Source of the DNA: Candidatus Bathyarchaeota archaeon
GTDB lineage: Archaea; Thermoproteota; Bathyarchaeia; TCS64
Length of the DNA stretch: 64,000 nt
NCBI GenBank assembly: GCA_963769425.1
Contig: CAVYLP010000001.1
Location: forward strand, 359,804-423,803
Direction: 5' to 3'
Shown: piece after piece, positions 42,445 through 51,369 of the stretch
Layout of the letters: each line of letters opens with the position of its first letter
Position numbering within the stretch: position 1 is the first letter of the stretch
Notes under the pieces: generated by a model
The model's input: only the letters and a program-made list of their open reading frames with translations
Databases searched by the model: none
What the model was told of the DNA's origin: nothing
Made by a program: the position numbers and the translations under genes

Positions 42445-42954
42445 TTATATCTTTCCCTCGTTAAGGACTCTACTAGGATCAGAGAAGTAGACTCTCACCC
42501 AGCCCAAAATCTCATCCCTAATTCTCCTGAACGAATTGAGCTTCTCCTCCTCACTCCCCTCAACATCGGCCGGGTCATCAAACCCATGCTCAATCCAGTG
42601 CTTGGCCCCCGGCAGATTATACTTGATAATGTCTGGCCTCCCCATCGTCAACGGTGTTGAGCAGAAGGGGCACGAGAGCCTAGGCGTGCTCTTACATACG
42701 GTGACGACGAGGTCAAGGTCCCTTCCACGGAACTGCTCTATGCTCTTCGAAGACTGCCTAGAAATGTCGATGCCAATCTCACTCATAGCCTTCACCGCGA
42801 GTGGGTGGACCGAGGAAGGGGTAGCCCCAGCGCTGAAGACCTCATACTTGTCCCCATAGAGGTTCCTAAGCAGGCCCTCAGCAATCTGTGACCTCGCTGA
42901 GTTGTGAGTGCACAGGAATAGAATCTTAAGTCTATCAATTTTAGCCAAATTCAA
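42445..42954 (-). CDS. arsC: Arsenate reductase, thioredoxin-coupled LMW-PTP family
   Basis: FLCTHNSARSQIAEG P-loop, SAG, VTVC...CP, FDDP, FRRIRDEI. Confidence 0.92.
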   Translation of the reverse strand: MNLAKIDRLKILFLCTHNSARSQIAEGLLRNLYGDKYEVFSAGATPSSVHPLAVKAMSEIGIDISRQSSKSIEQFRGRDLDLVVTVCKSTPRLSCPFCSTPLTMGRPDIIKYNLPGAKHWIEHGFDDPADVEGSEEEKLNSFRRIRDEILGWVRVYFSDPSRVLNEGKI

Positions 42955-43066
42955 TCAAATGCTACATTGATAGCGAAAATATTAAAGAATCTTCTTTTCA
43001 CCGACGACTCAAATGGCATAACCCTGTAAACATATTTAAATTCATTAAACCCATCCCTTTGTTGAG

Positions 43067-43450
43067 ATGGATAAGGCCGAGAAGTCTCTTGAGAGGATCG
43101 TCTCCTGCGGAAGGGGCAGTTGCTCGAACGTGAAGGAGTATGCTGATCACCTGAGGAAGTTAGCGGATCAGAAGGCTAATCGGGAGGAGGCTAAGAAAAG
43201 AGGCCGATTCTTCAAGGCGTTTGGCGATGAGACGAGGCAGAGAATACTGGGCCTTCTCATGGAGGGGCAGATGTGTGTGTGCGAGCTAGTGACAGCGCTG
43301 AAGATTACGCAACCCACCACGAGCCATCACCTTAAGATCCTCGAGGACGCCGGTGTTATTCAGAGTTCTAAGGAAGGTACTTGGGTATTCTATAGTGTTA
43401 ATAATAAGCCCCGGATTGCCTCACTGATGAGCGCATATAAAGAGCAATAA
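43067..43450 (+). CDS. arsR: ArsR/SmtB repressor
   Basis: FKAFGDETR, MCVCEL, QPTTSHHLKIL, WVFYS; N-terminal CGRGSC. Confidence 0.92.
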   Translation: MDKAEKSLERIVSCGRGSCSNVKEYADHLRKLADQKANREEAKKRGRFFKAFGDETRQRILGLLMEGQMCVCELVTALKITQPTTSHHLKILEDAGVIQSSKEGTWVFYSVNNKPRIASLMSAYKEQ

Positions 43451-43533
43451 AACATCACACATACCGGCTGCTTTTGATCAATGATACAAATCGAATAACT
43501 ATATTTAAATTCATACATATACATAATTGTGAG

Positions 43534-43911
43534 ATGTCGAAGAACGAGGAAACCCTTGAGAGACTAGTCTCACAGGGAAAATGCAGCTGCCTCAACGCCA
43601 AAGACTACCAAAAGGAATTAAGGCAACTGGCTCAAAAAGAAGCGGATCCTAAAGAAGCCACGAATAAGGGTAGATTTTTCAAAGCACTCGGCGACGCGAC
43701 ACGTCAACGACTAATAGGTCTATTGATGAGTCGAGAAATGTGCGTATGTGAGCTGAAGATAGCCCTCAACATGACTCAGCCAACGACCAGCCACCACCTG
43801 AGTATCCTCGAGGAATCAGGAATTATTTCAGGTATCAAGGAGGGCAAATGGGTCTACTACAAAATAAGGGACAAAGAAAAAGTCGCTACACTCCTAAAAA
43901 ATTCAACTTGA
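43534..43911 (+). CDS. arsR: ArsR/SmtB repressor (tandem paralog)
   Basis: FKALGDATR, MCVCEL, QPTTSHHL; N-terminal CSC. Confidence 0.92.
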   Translation: MSKNEETLERLVSQGKCSCLNAKDYQKELRQLAQKEADPKEATNKGRFFKALGDATRQRLIGLLMSREMCVCELKIALNMTQPTTSHHLSILEESGIISGIKEGKWVYYKIRDKEKVATLLKNST

Positions 43912-43965
43912 AGTAACTTGCATCATTAATGGTCATGCCTAAAACAAACGAAGCTTAAATATAAA

Positions 43966-43983
43966 TTTAAATACTTGGATATA
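43966..43983 (+). promoter_or_regulatory. Candidate ArsR operator/promoter, motif TTTAWATAYTTGGATRTA
   Basis: Same 18-mer at 47987-48004 (minus strand) and 52518-52535. Confidence 0.6.
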
Positions 43984-44019
43984 TTCGTAGATTAGAACAA
44001 TCCGAAAAAGGTTGAGAAA

Positions 44020-45072
44020 ATGGCGGAGAAAGAAGCAAAACTAGGACTAATAGAGAAATACCTCACACTATGGATAGCCCTCTGCATAGTTGCAGGCCTA
44101 CTGCTCGGTAGATTCGCCCCAAGCGTCGGGATATACCTCGACTCACTCAAGTTCTCGAAGATCTCAATCCCCATCGGCCTATGCCTCTTCTTCATGATGT
44201 ACCCAACCATCCTCGGCATCGCATTCGGAGACGTAAAGAGGGCGTCAAAGAACCCGAAGCCAATCATGCTGACACTATTCGCGAACTGGGTCGTATCCCC
44301 GATACTCATGACCATCCTCGCAAACGTTTTCCTCGCCGGACACCCCGACTACATCGCGGGAATCATCCTCCTCGGCCTCTCACCATGCACAGCCATGGTG
44401 ATGTGGTGGATGCTCCTCGCCAAGGGCGACATGGCGCAGGGACTCATCAACACTGCTGTAAACGCGATGATGATGATAATACTCTACGCTCCGATGGCGG
44501 CATTCTTCCTCGGGATAAGCGGGATACCCGTACCATACGACCTCATCCTGATGAGTGTCCTCTTCTTCATCCTCGTACCAGTAGGAGCTGGAGCTGTCAC
44601 GCGGAGAATACTAATACCCAGAAAGGGCCTGGACTGGTTTGACAACGTCTTCCGCAAGAGGATGGGTGAGGTAAGCTTCATCGCCCTCCTCATAACCCTC
44701 GTAGTGCTCTTCAGCCTGCAGGGAAACGTCATCCTAAGCGACCCCCTCCTCGTACTCTACATAGCAGTGCCCAACCTAATCGGCTACGTTGTAATGATAT
44801 CCTGGACCTACTTCACAGCTTGGTGGGCGAAGTGGCCTTACCCGGTTGCCATCGACTGCACATTGATCGGGGCGAGCAGCCACTTCGAGGTAGCCATCGC
44901 CGTCGCGACGACACTCTACGGGATCAGCAGCGGGGCAGCGCTGGCGACGGTGATCGGTCCACTGTTTGAGGTGCCGCTGATGCTTAGCCTGGTCAGGTTT
45001 GGTCTCCACACTTGCGGCTACTTCCCGCGTAACATGAAAGAGGTTGAGAAGATGGAGGAAAAAACACAATGA
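44020..45072 (+). CDS. acr3: Acr3 arsenite efflux permease
   Basis: EKYLTLWI, MMYP, NWVVSP, SPCTAMV, SSHFEVAIAVA, IGPLFEVP. Confidence 0.96.
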   Translation: MAEKEAKLGLIEKYLTLWIALCIVAGLLLGRFAPSVGIYLDSLKFSKISIPIGLCLFFMMYPTILGIAFGDVKRASKNPKPIMLTLFANWVVSPILMTILANVFLAGHPDYIAGIILLGLSPCTAMVMWWMLLAKGDMAQGLINTAVNAMMMIILYAPMAAFFLGISGIPVPYDLILMSVLFFILVPVGAGAVTRRILIPRKGLDWFDNVFRKRMGEVSFIALLITLVVLFSLQGNVILSDPLLVLYIAVPNLIGYVVMISWTYFTAWWAKWPYPVAIDCTLIGASSHFEVAIAVATTLYGISSGAALATVIGPLFEVPLMLSLVRFGLHTCGYFPRNMKEVEKMEEKTQ

Positions 45073-45519
45073 GTGAATACTACGAGTACAACGGCCGACA
45101 AGTTCGTATTCAAGGTAAAGAAAGACCTGAAGTATTCCAAGGACGAGGTCTGGGTGAAGCAGGAAAAAGAAGGAAACATCAGGGTTGGCCTCACCGACTT
45201 CGGGCAGAGGAGAGCCGGCGACCTAGTGTTCGCCGAGGTCCAACCGGTCGGAACCAAGGTCAATAATGGCAGTTTCATGGGAAGCTATGAAACCATCAAG
45301 ATGGTTCAGGACATACTGAGCCCAGTAGACGGGGAGATAATAGAAGTCAACCCCGCTTTTGAGTCAAAGCCCGAGGTCATCAACATGGATCCTTACGGGG
45401 AGGGATGGATTGCAGTCATCAAGCTGTCTTCAAGCCTCAGCGGCCTTCTCTCGGCGGAAGACTACTTCGAGGTGATGAAGGTGAAGGTCGTTGATGAATT
45501 GAAGAAGATCAAGGGGTAA
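45069..45519 (+). CDS. GcvH-like lipoyl-carrier protein (ATG overlaps acr3 stop; apparent frameshift near 45088)
   Basis: YSKDEVWV, RVGLTDFGQ, ETIK (lipoyl Lys position), SPVDGEIIEVN, INMDPYGEGWI. Confidence 0.88.
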
Positions 45520-45523
45520 AACA

Positions 45524-45928
45524 ATGAAGAAACCAATCCTTATCCTACCCTGCAGCGGCATCGGCAAGTCCTTCGGATCAATCGCGCGAGACGCAACATT
45601 CCGAGTCTGCGACGAGCTGCGCCCCGGTAAGGCTGACACACTCTGCCTCTCCCTTCTCGTCATGGGCGACGAGGAGGCGCGGGAGAGGGTTGCGTCAAGC
45701 CGATGCATAGTGATAGACGGCTGCCCCGCAGCATGCTCGAGGAACAACGTTGAGCGAAGCGAGGGCAACGTCGTCGCCGAGTTCAGGGTCATGGATCTCC
45801 TGAGGGAGAACCGAGGACTAAAACCGCGGGAGGTCACCTTCCTCGACGAGGACGGCGAGAAGCTGTCAAAGATCCTGGCCGAGAAACTAGTTGAGAAGGT
45901 AGACGAGCTCATGGAGGAACCTGAATGA
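45524..45928 (+). CDS. DGC-domain putative zinc-binding protein
   Basis: ILPCSG, TLCL, VIDGCPAAC. Confidence 0.85.
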   Translation: MKKPILILPCSGIGKSFGSIARDATFRVCDELRPGKADTLCLSLLVMGDEEARERVASSRCIVIDGCPAACSRNNVERSEGNVVAEFRVMDLLRENRGLKPREVTFLDEDGEKLSKILAEKLVEKVDELMEEPE

Positions 45929-46332
45929 AGATAAAGCCCAAGATCGGGGTCGTGTCCTGCAGCGGGGAATGCTGCGGACTGGGCACACTCAGCCGAGTGG
46001 CGACGCGCATGGTGCTCGAGGACCTACGCTACGACCAGACCGTCACGATATGCCTACCCCTCTTCCTCGCCGGTGAGACTCAGGAGCATGGGTTCGCCAA
46101 GGAGTACCCGACGATCGCCGTTGACGGCTGCAACAAGCACTGCGCATACAAGGCAATTACGAAATACAGCAAGGAACCTGCGGCCGGCTTCGACGTGGAG
46201 GCACTCCTGAAGGAGTGGGGCGTCGAGCAGCCGAAGATCCGGCGGGTCTTAGACGAGGAAAACGTCGAAGTGGCAAAACGAATAGCGGAGCTTCTAGCCG
46301 AGAAGGTCGACGAGATCCAGGAGGCCGCCTAA
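45925..46332 (+). CDS. DGC-domain putative zinc-binding protein (second)
   Basis: VSCSGECC, TICLP, AVDGCNKHCA; ATGA overlap with the previous gene. Confidence 0.85.
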   Translation: MKIKPKIGVVSCSGECCGLGTLSRVATRMVLEDLRYDQTVTICLPLFLAGETQEHGFAKEYPTIAVDGCNKHCAYKAITKYSKEPAAGFDVEALLKEWGVEQPKIRRVLDEENVEVAKRIAELLAEKVDEIQEAA

Positions 46333-46333
46333 G

Positions 46334-46759
46334 TTGGCGACATACAAGACCGTTACGGAGTGGAAGAGTGGTCACCTCGGCGAGGTTCGGCTGAGCAACG
46401 GCCCGGTGCTTCCCTTCTCCGCCCCAGCCGCTGTTCAGGGCGTGGAGGGTGTGTTGACGCCGGAGGACGCCTTCGTAGCGGCCCTCAACACGTGCTATAT
46501 GCTGATGTTCATCTGGAGCGTCGAGCGCCTGAAGATAGACCTAGTTAGTTACACCTGCGAGGCTGAGGGTCATGTTGAGGATTTCCTCGACAAGACCTCG
46601 ATGTTTGATCGTGTGACGCTGAAGCCTAGGATAGTTGTTAGAGGTTGCAGCGAGGAAAGGGTCAGGCGAGCACTGGAGCTCGCCGAGAAGTACAGCCTCG
46701 TCTGGCAATCAATAAAAGCCAAGGTTGTCCTTGAGCCAGAGATTATGATCAACTCATAG
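46334..46759 (+). CDS. OsmC/Ohr family protein
   Basis: TPEDAFVAALNTCY, VTLKPRI, ALELAEKYSLV. Confidence 0.85.
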   Translation: MATYKTVTEWKSGHLGEVRLSNGPVLPFSAPAAVQGVEGVLTPEDAFVAALNTCYMLMFIWSVERLKIDLVSYTCEAEGHVEDFLDKTSMFDRVTLKPRIVVRGCSEERVRRALELAEKYSLVWQSIKAKVVLEPEIMINS

Positions 46760-46771
46760 GTGATTGTAGAA

Positions 46772-47122
46772 ATGGCTAAACTTCTTGAGATCTGGGAGAA
46801 GGACCCAATGATGGTCGGAGGCTGCGCCTGCGCACCTGTTCGAATCACGCAGATTCAGGCAGATAGGATAGTCGGCGTGATGAGGCAGAGAGATGAGACT
46901 GTTAAGCGCCTGAAAATAGAATTCCCAGAACTTAATTTTGAGAGGGATGTCATCCATCCTCAGCGGCCCCGGTCGAGCTACCCGGACCACGTCAGGGACC
47001 TAATCGACGCTGGGGCTGATGCCCCACTCATATTCTTAGACGAAAAACTGGTATTCAACGGCGCATTCCCCGACTACGAGGAATTTAAGAGAATCCTCGA
47101 CGAATCACGAGTTAACTTGTAG
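46772..47122 (+). CDS. ArsD-like thioredoxin-fold protein
   Basis: N-terminal Cys cluster GGCACAP; C-terminal PLIFLDEKLVFNGAFPDYEE resembles the ArsD C-terminus. Confidence 0.55.
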   Translation: MAKLLEIWEKDPMMVGGCACAPVRITQIQADRIVGVMRQRDETVKRLKIEFPELNFERDVIHPQRPRSSYPDHVRDLIDAGADAPLIFLDEKLVFNGAFPDYEEFKRILDESRVNL

Positions 47123-47492
47123 ATGTTTCTGTCCCTGACTTTTCCTCGTGTCTAACATAGTACTTGTCTCTCTTCTCATCCAACTCGCTTCTGCTCACGT
47201 TGAGCACGTTATGACCCTTGTACATGCTGTGAAGATAGGTTAAGGAGGGAAACGCTATTGCGTGGGTTGGGCAAGTGTTCGCGCATGTGACGCACCCGAC
47301 CTTACACCTATACGGGTGTGTCACGACAGATTTCTTGTTCTCGAAATCAAAGTCGAAGACATGCGGGCCACAACCAAGAACACAGACTCCGCAGCCAATA
47401 CACAGACCATTATCCACGGATGGAAACCACTCGATCTCCTCCCTGTTGATTCCATGCCACTTTTCTATCCCTGACTCAGCCATAATCATCAA
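47112..47492 (-). CDS. 2x[4Fe-4S] ferredoxin-like protein
   Basis: CIGCGVCVLGC and CKVGCVTCANTCP. Confidence 0.88.
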   Translation of the reverse strand: MMIMAESGIEKWHGINREEIEWFPSVDNGLCIGCGVCVLGCGPHVFDFDFENKKSVVTHPYRCKVGCVTCANTCPTHAIAFPSLTYLHSMYKGHNVLNVSRSELDEKRDKYYVRHEEKSGTETSTS

Positions 47493-47516
47493 GTGAAGAT
47501 TTGTAACCCTGTCATT

Positions 47517-47963
47517 TTAGGCTTTAACTAGAGAGGAGACGATCTGATTTAGTTGTTTTACCCTCTCCTCCTCTATAACCCTGTAGAATACCCATTTCCC
47601 CTCTCTCCTACTAGTGACTACCCCAGCATTCTCAAGTATCCTAAGGTGGTGACTTACAGTGGATTGATTACATTCTAGAGCAGTCAATATTTCGCATACG
47701 CACATCTCTTTCTCTAAGAGAAGGTAAATGATATTCTGTCGCCTCTCATCGCCTAACGCCTTATAGATATTACTCATTTTTTTAAATAGAAGAAAATCCC
47801 CCTGTTTCGCAAACTGCCTAAGTTGATCACTGTACTTGGCCATATCGCAGACGCAGCGAGTATGTGCTACAAGTCTTCTGATGGTATCCTCACTATCGTT
47901 TATCTTTGAAAGTGAATTTTTGCGCGATTTCCCTATTCTTCTGCGTGTTTCGATCCTTTCCAT
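47517..47963 (-). CDS. arsR: ArsR/SmtB repressor
   Basis: KALGDERR, MCVCEI, QSTVSHHLRIL; N-terminal CVC. Confidence 0.9.
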   Translation of the reverse strand: MERIETRRRIGKSRKNSLSKINDSEDTIRRLVAHTRCVCDMAKYSDQLRQFAKQGDFLLFKKMSNIYKALGDERRQNIIYLLLEKEMCVCEILTALECNQSTVSHHLRILENAGVVTSRREGKWVFYRVIEEERVKQLNQIVSSLVKA

Positions 47964-48089
47964 GGATAACCAACAATATACATTTGTATATCCAAATATA
48001 TAAATATTAGAATATGACTAATAGTTGCGTGTACAACAGCCAAGAAAGCCCTAAAGTCGCAGTGATCAACTCAGCTTCACTCGCGATAC

Positions 48090-50504
48090 TTGGAAAAAAC
48101 AGCGATGATCGTTATGACTGAAAGCTCAGATAAAGAAGTTCTTGATAACGGCCTGAACTCGGAGGAAGTCCGAAGCAGACTCGCAAAATACGGCTACAAC
48201 GAGGCCCCGACAAAGAAGGAGAGCCTCCTGACCCGTCTTGGAAAACGCTTCTGGGGAATAGTACCATGGATGCTCGAGGTCACAGCAGCTGTGACCTTTC
48301 TCCTCGGTAAATATGTGGACACGGGCGTGATCGTGTTTCTTCTCTTCTTCAACGCCGGAATGTCACTCTGGCGCGAAGGAAAGGCAAAGGCCGCGATGGC
48401 TGGCTTGAAGCAGCGACTCAAGATCCTCAGCAGGGTCAAGAGGGATGGGAAATGGTCAACAATCCCCGCCAGGGAACTAGTCCCAGGAGACTTAGTTAGG
48501 GTAAGATCAGGGGACCTTCTACCTGCGGACATAAAGATATTTGATGGAAACCTCGGCGTAGACCAGTCGACTCTAACAGGCGAGTCAGTAATAGTTGAGA
48601 AGTCAGCGGGAGAAGTAGCCTACTCTGGGTCATCCATAAAACGCGGAGAAGCCACGGGGTTAGTAGACGCGACCGGGCTTAAGACCTATTTCGGGAAAAC
48701 AGTCTCCCTCCTAGAACTCGCGAAGCCGAAGCTCCACATGGAGGAGGTCACCGTAAACGTCACCCGCCGCCTAGCCGCGATTGTACTCGCATCGCTCCTG
48801 ATAGTATTCGTGTACGCCCTGCTGACCGGGTTCTCCTTCGCCGTATTACTCCCACTCGCCGGCGTGCTTCTAGTAGCATCGGTCCCCGTTGCAATGCCAA
48901 CTATGTTCACCCTGAACATGGCGCTAGGCTCCTCAGTCCTAGCGAAGCAAGGAGTCCTCGTTACTAGGCTTAGCTCCAGCGAGGACGCCGCCCTCATGGA
49001 CGTTCTCTGCGCAGACAAGACAGGGACGATAACCGTGAATAAACTCTTCATCGAGGAGGAGCATCCGTCGAACGGGTTCAGCGAGGGCGATGTCCTGCTC
49101 TATGGCGCACTCGCCTCAAACGAGGCAAACCACGACCCAATTGACATAGCGTTCCTAGCCGCGGCGGCAGATGCCGAAATATCAGTAGAGGGCTACTCGC
49201 AGACTGAATTCATACCGTTTGACCCCAAGACCCGGATGACAGAGGCAACGATTCAGAAATCGGGCGAAAAGTTCTATGTGGCTAAGGGGGCTCTCAACGC
49301 GATCTGCACAGCGTGCAAATTATCAGAAGTAGAGACCGCAGAGCGATCCAAGCAGGCGCAATCCCTGTCGGCCAGAGGATTAAGGGTAATCAGCGTCGTT
49401 AAGGGTTCAAGTCACGATGAGTTGCAGTTTGTTGGCCTCGTAGGTCTGGCTGATGCTGTAAGGGATGACGCAAGGCGGACGCTGGATCAGGTTCGTGAAC
49501 TCGGGATATCAGTGAAGATGCTGACCGGCGACTCCAAGCCAATTGCACAGAACATAGCGCAGCAGGTAGGCTTAGACGGGGTAGTTTTAACTAAAACCGA
49601 CATCGAGGAGGCCGAGATCCAGGGTAAACCCATAGGTCAGATGATCGATGAGAGTAGTGGCATCGCCGAGATCTACCCGGAGGACAAGTTCACCATAGTC
49701 AAGGCCCTACAGGGCAGAGGACACGTCGTCGGGATGACCGGCGACGGAGTCAACGATGCCCCCTCTCTACGGCAAGCAGAGGTTGGGATAGCGGTTAAGA
49801 ACGCGACGGACATCGCGAAGGACTCCGCCAGCGCCGTGCTAACCTCTGAGGGACTGGGGGAGATCGTCAGCATGGTGAAGACAGGGAGGACGATCTACCA
49901 GAGGATCTACAGCTGGGCCCTGATGATGATCTCTAGGAAGCTACACATAGTAGGCTATATTGTCCTCATGCTCTTCCTCGCTCACTCATTTATGCTGTCG
50001 ATAATGGGCACGGTGCTGATGCTCTTCCTCGGCGACTTCGTCTCCATGTCGATATCAACTGATAACGTCAAATTCTCCACGAAGCCCGATAAGTTCGATG
50101 TCACCAAGATGTTCACCTTAGGCGGAACACTCGGGGTGCTGAGCACAATCGAGGGGGCGATTCTGACGATGGCTGCCCTATCCTACTTTGGGCTGATTGG
50201 TAACGTTGACAAGATCTACACATTTGGGTTCGCCTACCTTAACATCGCGGGGATATCCACTCTCCTCATTGTGCGTGAGCGAGGCCGCTTCTGGAAGACT
50301 CGTCCAAGCAACTTCTTCATTACGACTGTATTGCTAGAAATCCTCTTCGTCATACTTGTGGCAGTCTTCGGCTTCTTGGAATTAGTGCCAATAGGTTTGT
50401 TACCAACGCTAGCAATCCTAGGGTTCTCTTTTCTGGCATCATTCTTGATTAACGACCCTGTCAAGGTGTATCTTAATAATAGATTCAAGAAAGGCAACCT
50501 CTAG
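48090..50504 (+). CDS. P-type ATPase, P3A plasma-membrane H+-efflux type
   Basis: PWMLE, LTGES, PVAMP, DKTGT, PFDP, MLTGD, TGDGVND. Confidence 0.9.
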   Translation: MEKTAMIVMTESSDKEVLDNGLNSEEVRSRLAKYGYNEAPTKKESLLTRLGKRFWGIVPWMLEVTAAVTFLLGKYVDTGVIVFLLFFNAGMSLWREGKAKAAMAGLKQRLKILSRVKRDGKWSTIPARELVPGDLVRVRSGDLLPADIKIFDGNLGVDQSTLTGESVIVEKSAGEVAYSGSSIKRGEATGLVDATGLKTYFGKTVSLLELAKPKLHMEEVTVNVTRRLAAIVLASLLIVFVYALLTGFSFAVLLPLAGVLLVASVPVAMPTMFTLNMALGSSVLAKQGVLVTRLSSSEDAALMDVLCADKTGTITVNKLFIEEEHPSNGFSEGDVLLYGALASNEANHDPIDIAFLAAAADAEISVEGYSQTEFIPFDPKTRMTEATIQKSGEKFYVAKGALNAICTACKLSEVETAERSKQAQSLSARGLRVISVVKGSSHDELQFVGLVGLADAVRDDARRTLDQVRELGISVKMLTGDSKPIAQNIAQQVGLDGVVLTKTDIEEAEIQGKPIGQMIDESSGIAEIYPEDKFTIVKALQGRGHVVGMTGDGVNDAPSLRQAEVGIAVKNATDIAKDSASAVLTSEGLGEIVSMVKTGRTIYQRIYSWALMMISRKLHIVGYIVLMLFLAHSFMLSIMGTVLMLFLGDFVSMSISTDNVKFSTKPDKFDVTKMFTLGGTLGVLSTIEGAILTMAALSYFGLIGNVDKIYTFGFAYLNIAGISTLLIVRERGRFWKTRPSNFFITTVLLEILFVILVAVFGFLELVPIGLLPTLAILGFSFLASFLINDPVKVYLNNRFKKGNL

Positions 50505-50607
50505 ATAATTAAATGATAGACCTAACTCTACCAAATCTATTAAAAAGCAAAATGAGAAAACAAGTATAAACAACGACTCACGGTTTATTCGCTAAGGGTG
50601 ATTTTAG

Positions 50608-51369
50608 TTGAATAGTGAGGCAGCTCTTGAAGTTGAAGGCCTCTCCGTAAAAATTGGAGAAAAGAAGATCCTAAACAACATCAACATAAGACTAGAGGCC
50701 GGAGAGCGGTCATTCATATTCGGTCCAAACGGCTCAGGAAAATCCACGCTACTGAAAACAATAATGGGCATCCCCCCGTATGAGGTCGTGGCTGGCTCCA
50801 TACAATATAGAGGCCAAAAAATCACTGACTTGGATGTCTATGAAAGGGCCAAACTCGGCGTAACTATGGCCTTCCAGCAGCCACCAGACATTCGAGGCGT
50901 GAAGCTGTCTCAACTTCTCAAGCTCTGCCTCGGAAAGAAGAGAAAAGAAGAATTCAACGCCGATGAGATGGATGCCATAGAGAGGTTCAAGCTCCGAGAA
51001 TTCCTCGACAGAGACACCAACGTCGGTTTTTCAGGCGGCGAGCGCAAGAGGGCCGAGATGCTACAGATACTATTCATGAGGCCGAGCCTCGTGCTGCTGG
51101 ATGAGCCGGACTCGGGGGTGGACATAGACAGCCTTAGGCTCCTCTCCGTCGAGCTTGAGAGTTACCTCAGTGTTTCAAAGGCCTCCGCCCTGATAATCAC
51201 CCACAAGGGAGACATCCTCGAGTACGTCAAGGCGGAGAGGGCGTGCGTAATAATGGATGGAATGAACTATTGCTATCCCGACCCTAAAATGATCTATGAG
51301 GAGATCCGTCGTGGCGGGTACGAACACTGCCTGAGCTGCCCAACAAGGATTACGGGGGAACAACGTTGA
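50608..51369 (+). CDS. sufC: Fe-S assembly ATPase SufC (SmsC type)
   Basis: GPNGSGKST, FSGGERKR, LDEPDSGVD, C-terminal Cx18CxxC. Confidence 0.88.
   Translation: MNSEAALEVEGLSVKIGEKKILNNINIRLEAGERSFIFGPNGSGKSTLLKTIMGIPPYEVVAGSIQYRGQKITDLDVYERAKLGVTMAFQQPPDIRGVKLSQLLKLCLGKKRKEEFNADEMDAIERFKLREFLDRDTNVGFSGGERKRAEMLQILFMRPSLVLLDEPDSGVDIDSLRLLSVELESYLSVSKASALIITHKGDILEYVKAERACVIMDGMNYCYPDPKMIYEEIRRGGYEHCLSCPTRITGEQR

Noticed and set aside
45069-45519. Glycine cleavage operon
   Set aside because: No gcvT, gcvP or lpd nearby; the gene is embedded in the ars operon.
45524-46332. Selenocysteine in the DGC-domain proteins
   Set aside because: The motif positions are Cys codons; there is no internal in-frame TGA.
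47112-47492. hgcB / mercury methylation, given a ferredoxin in an ArsR/ars context
   Set aside because: No C-terminal CC motif and no HgcA (N(V/I)WCAAGK) in the window.
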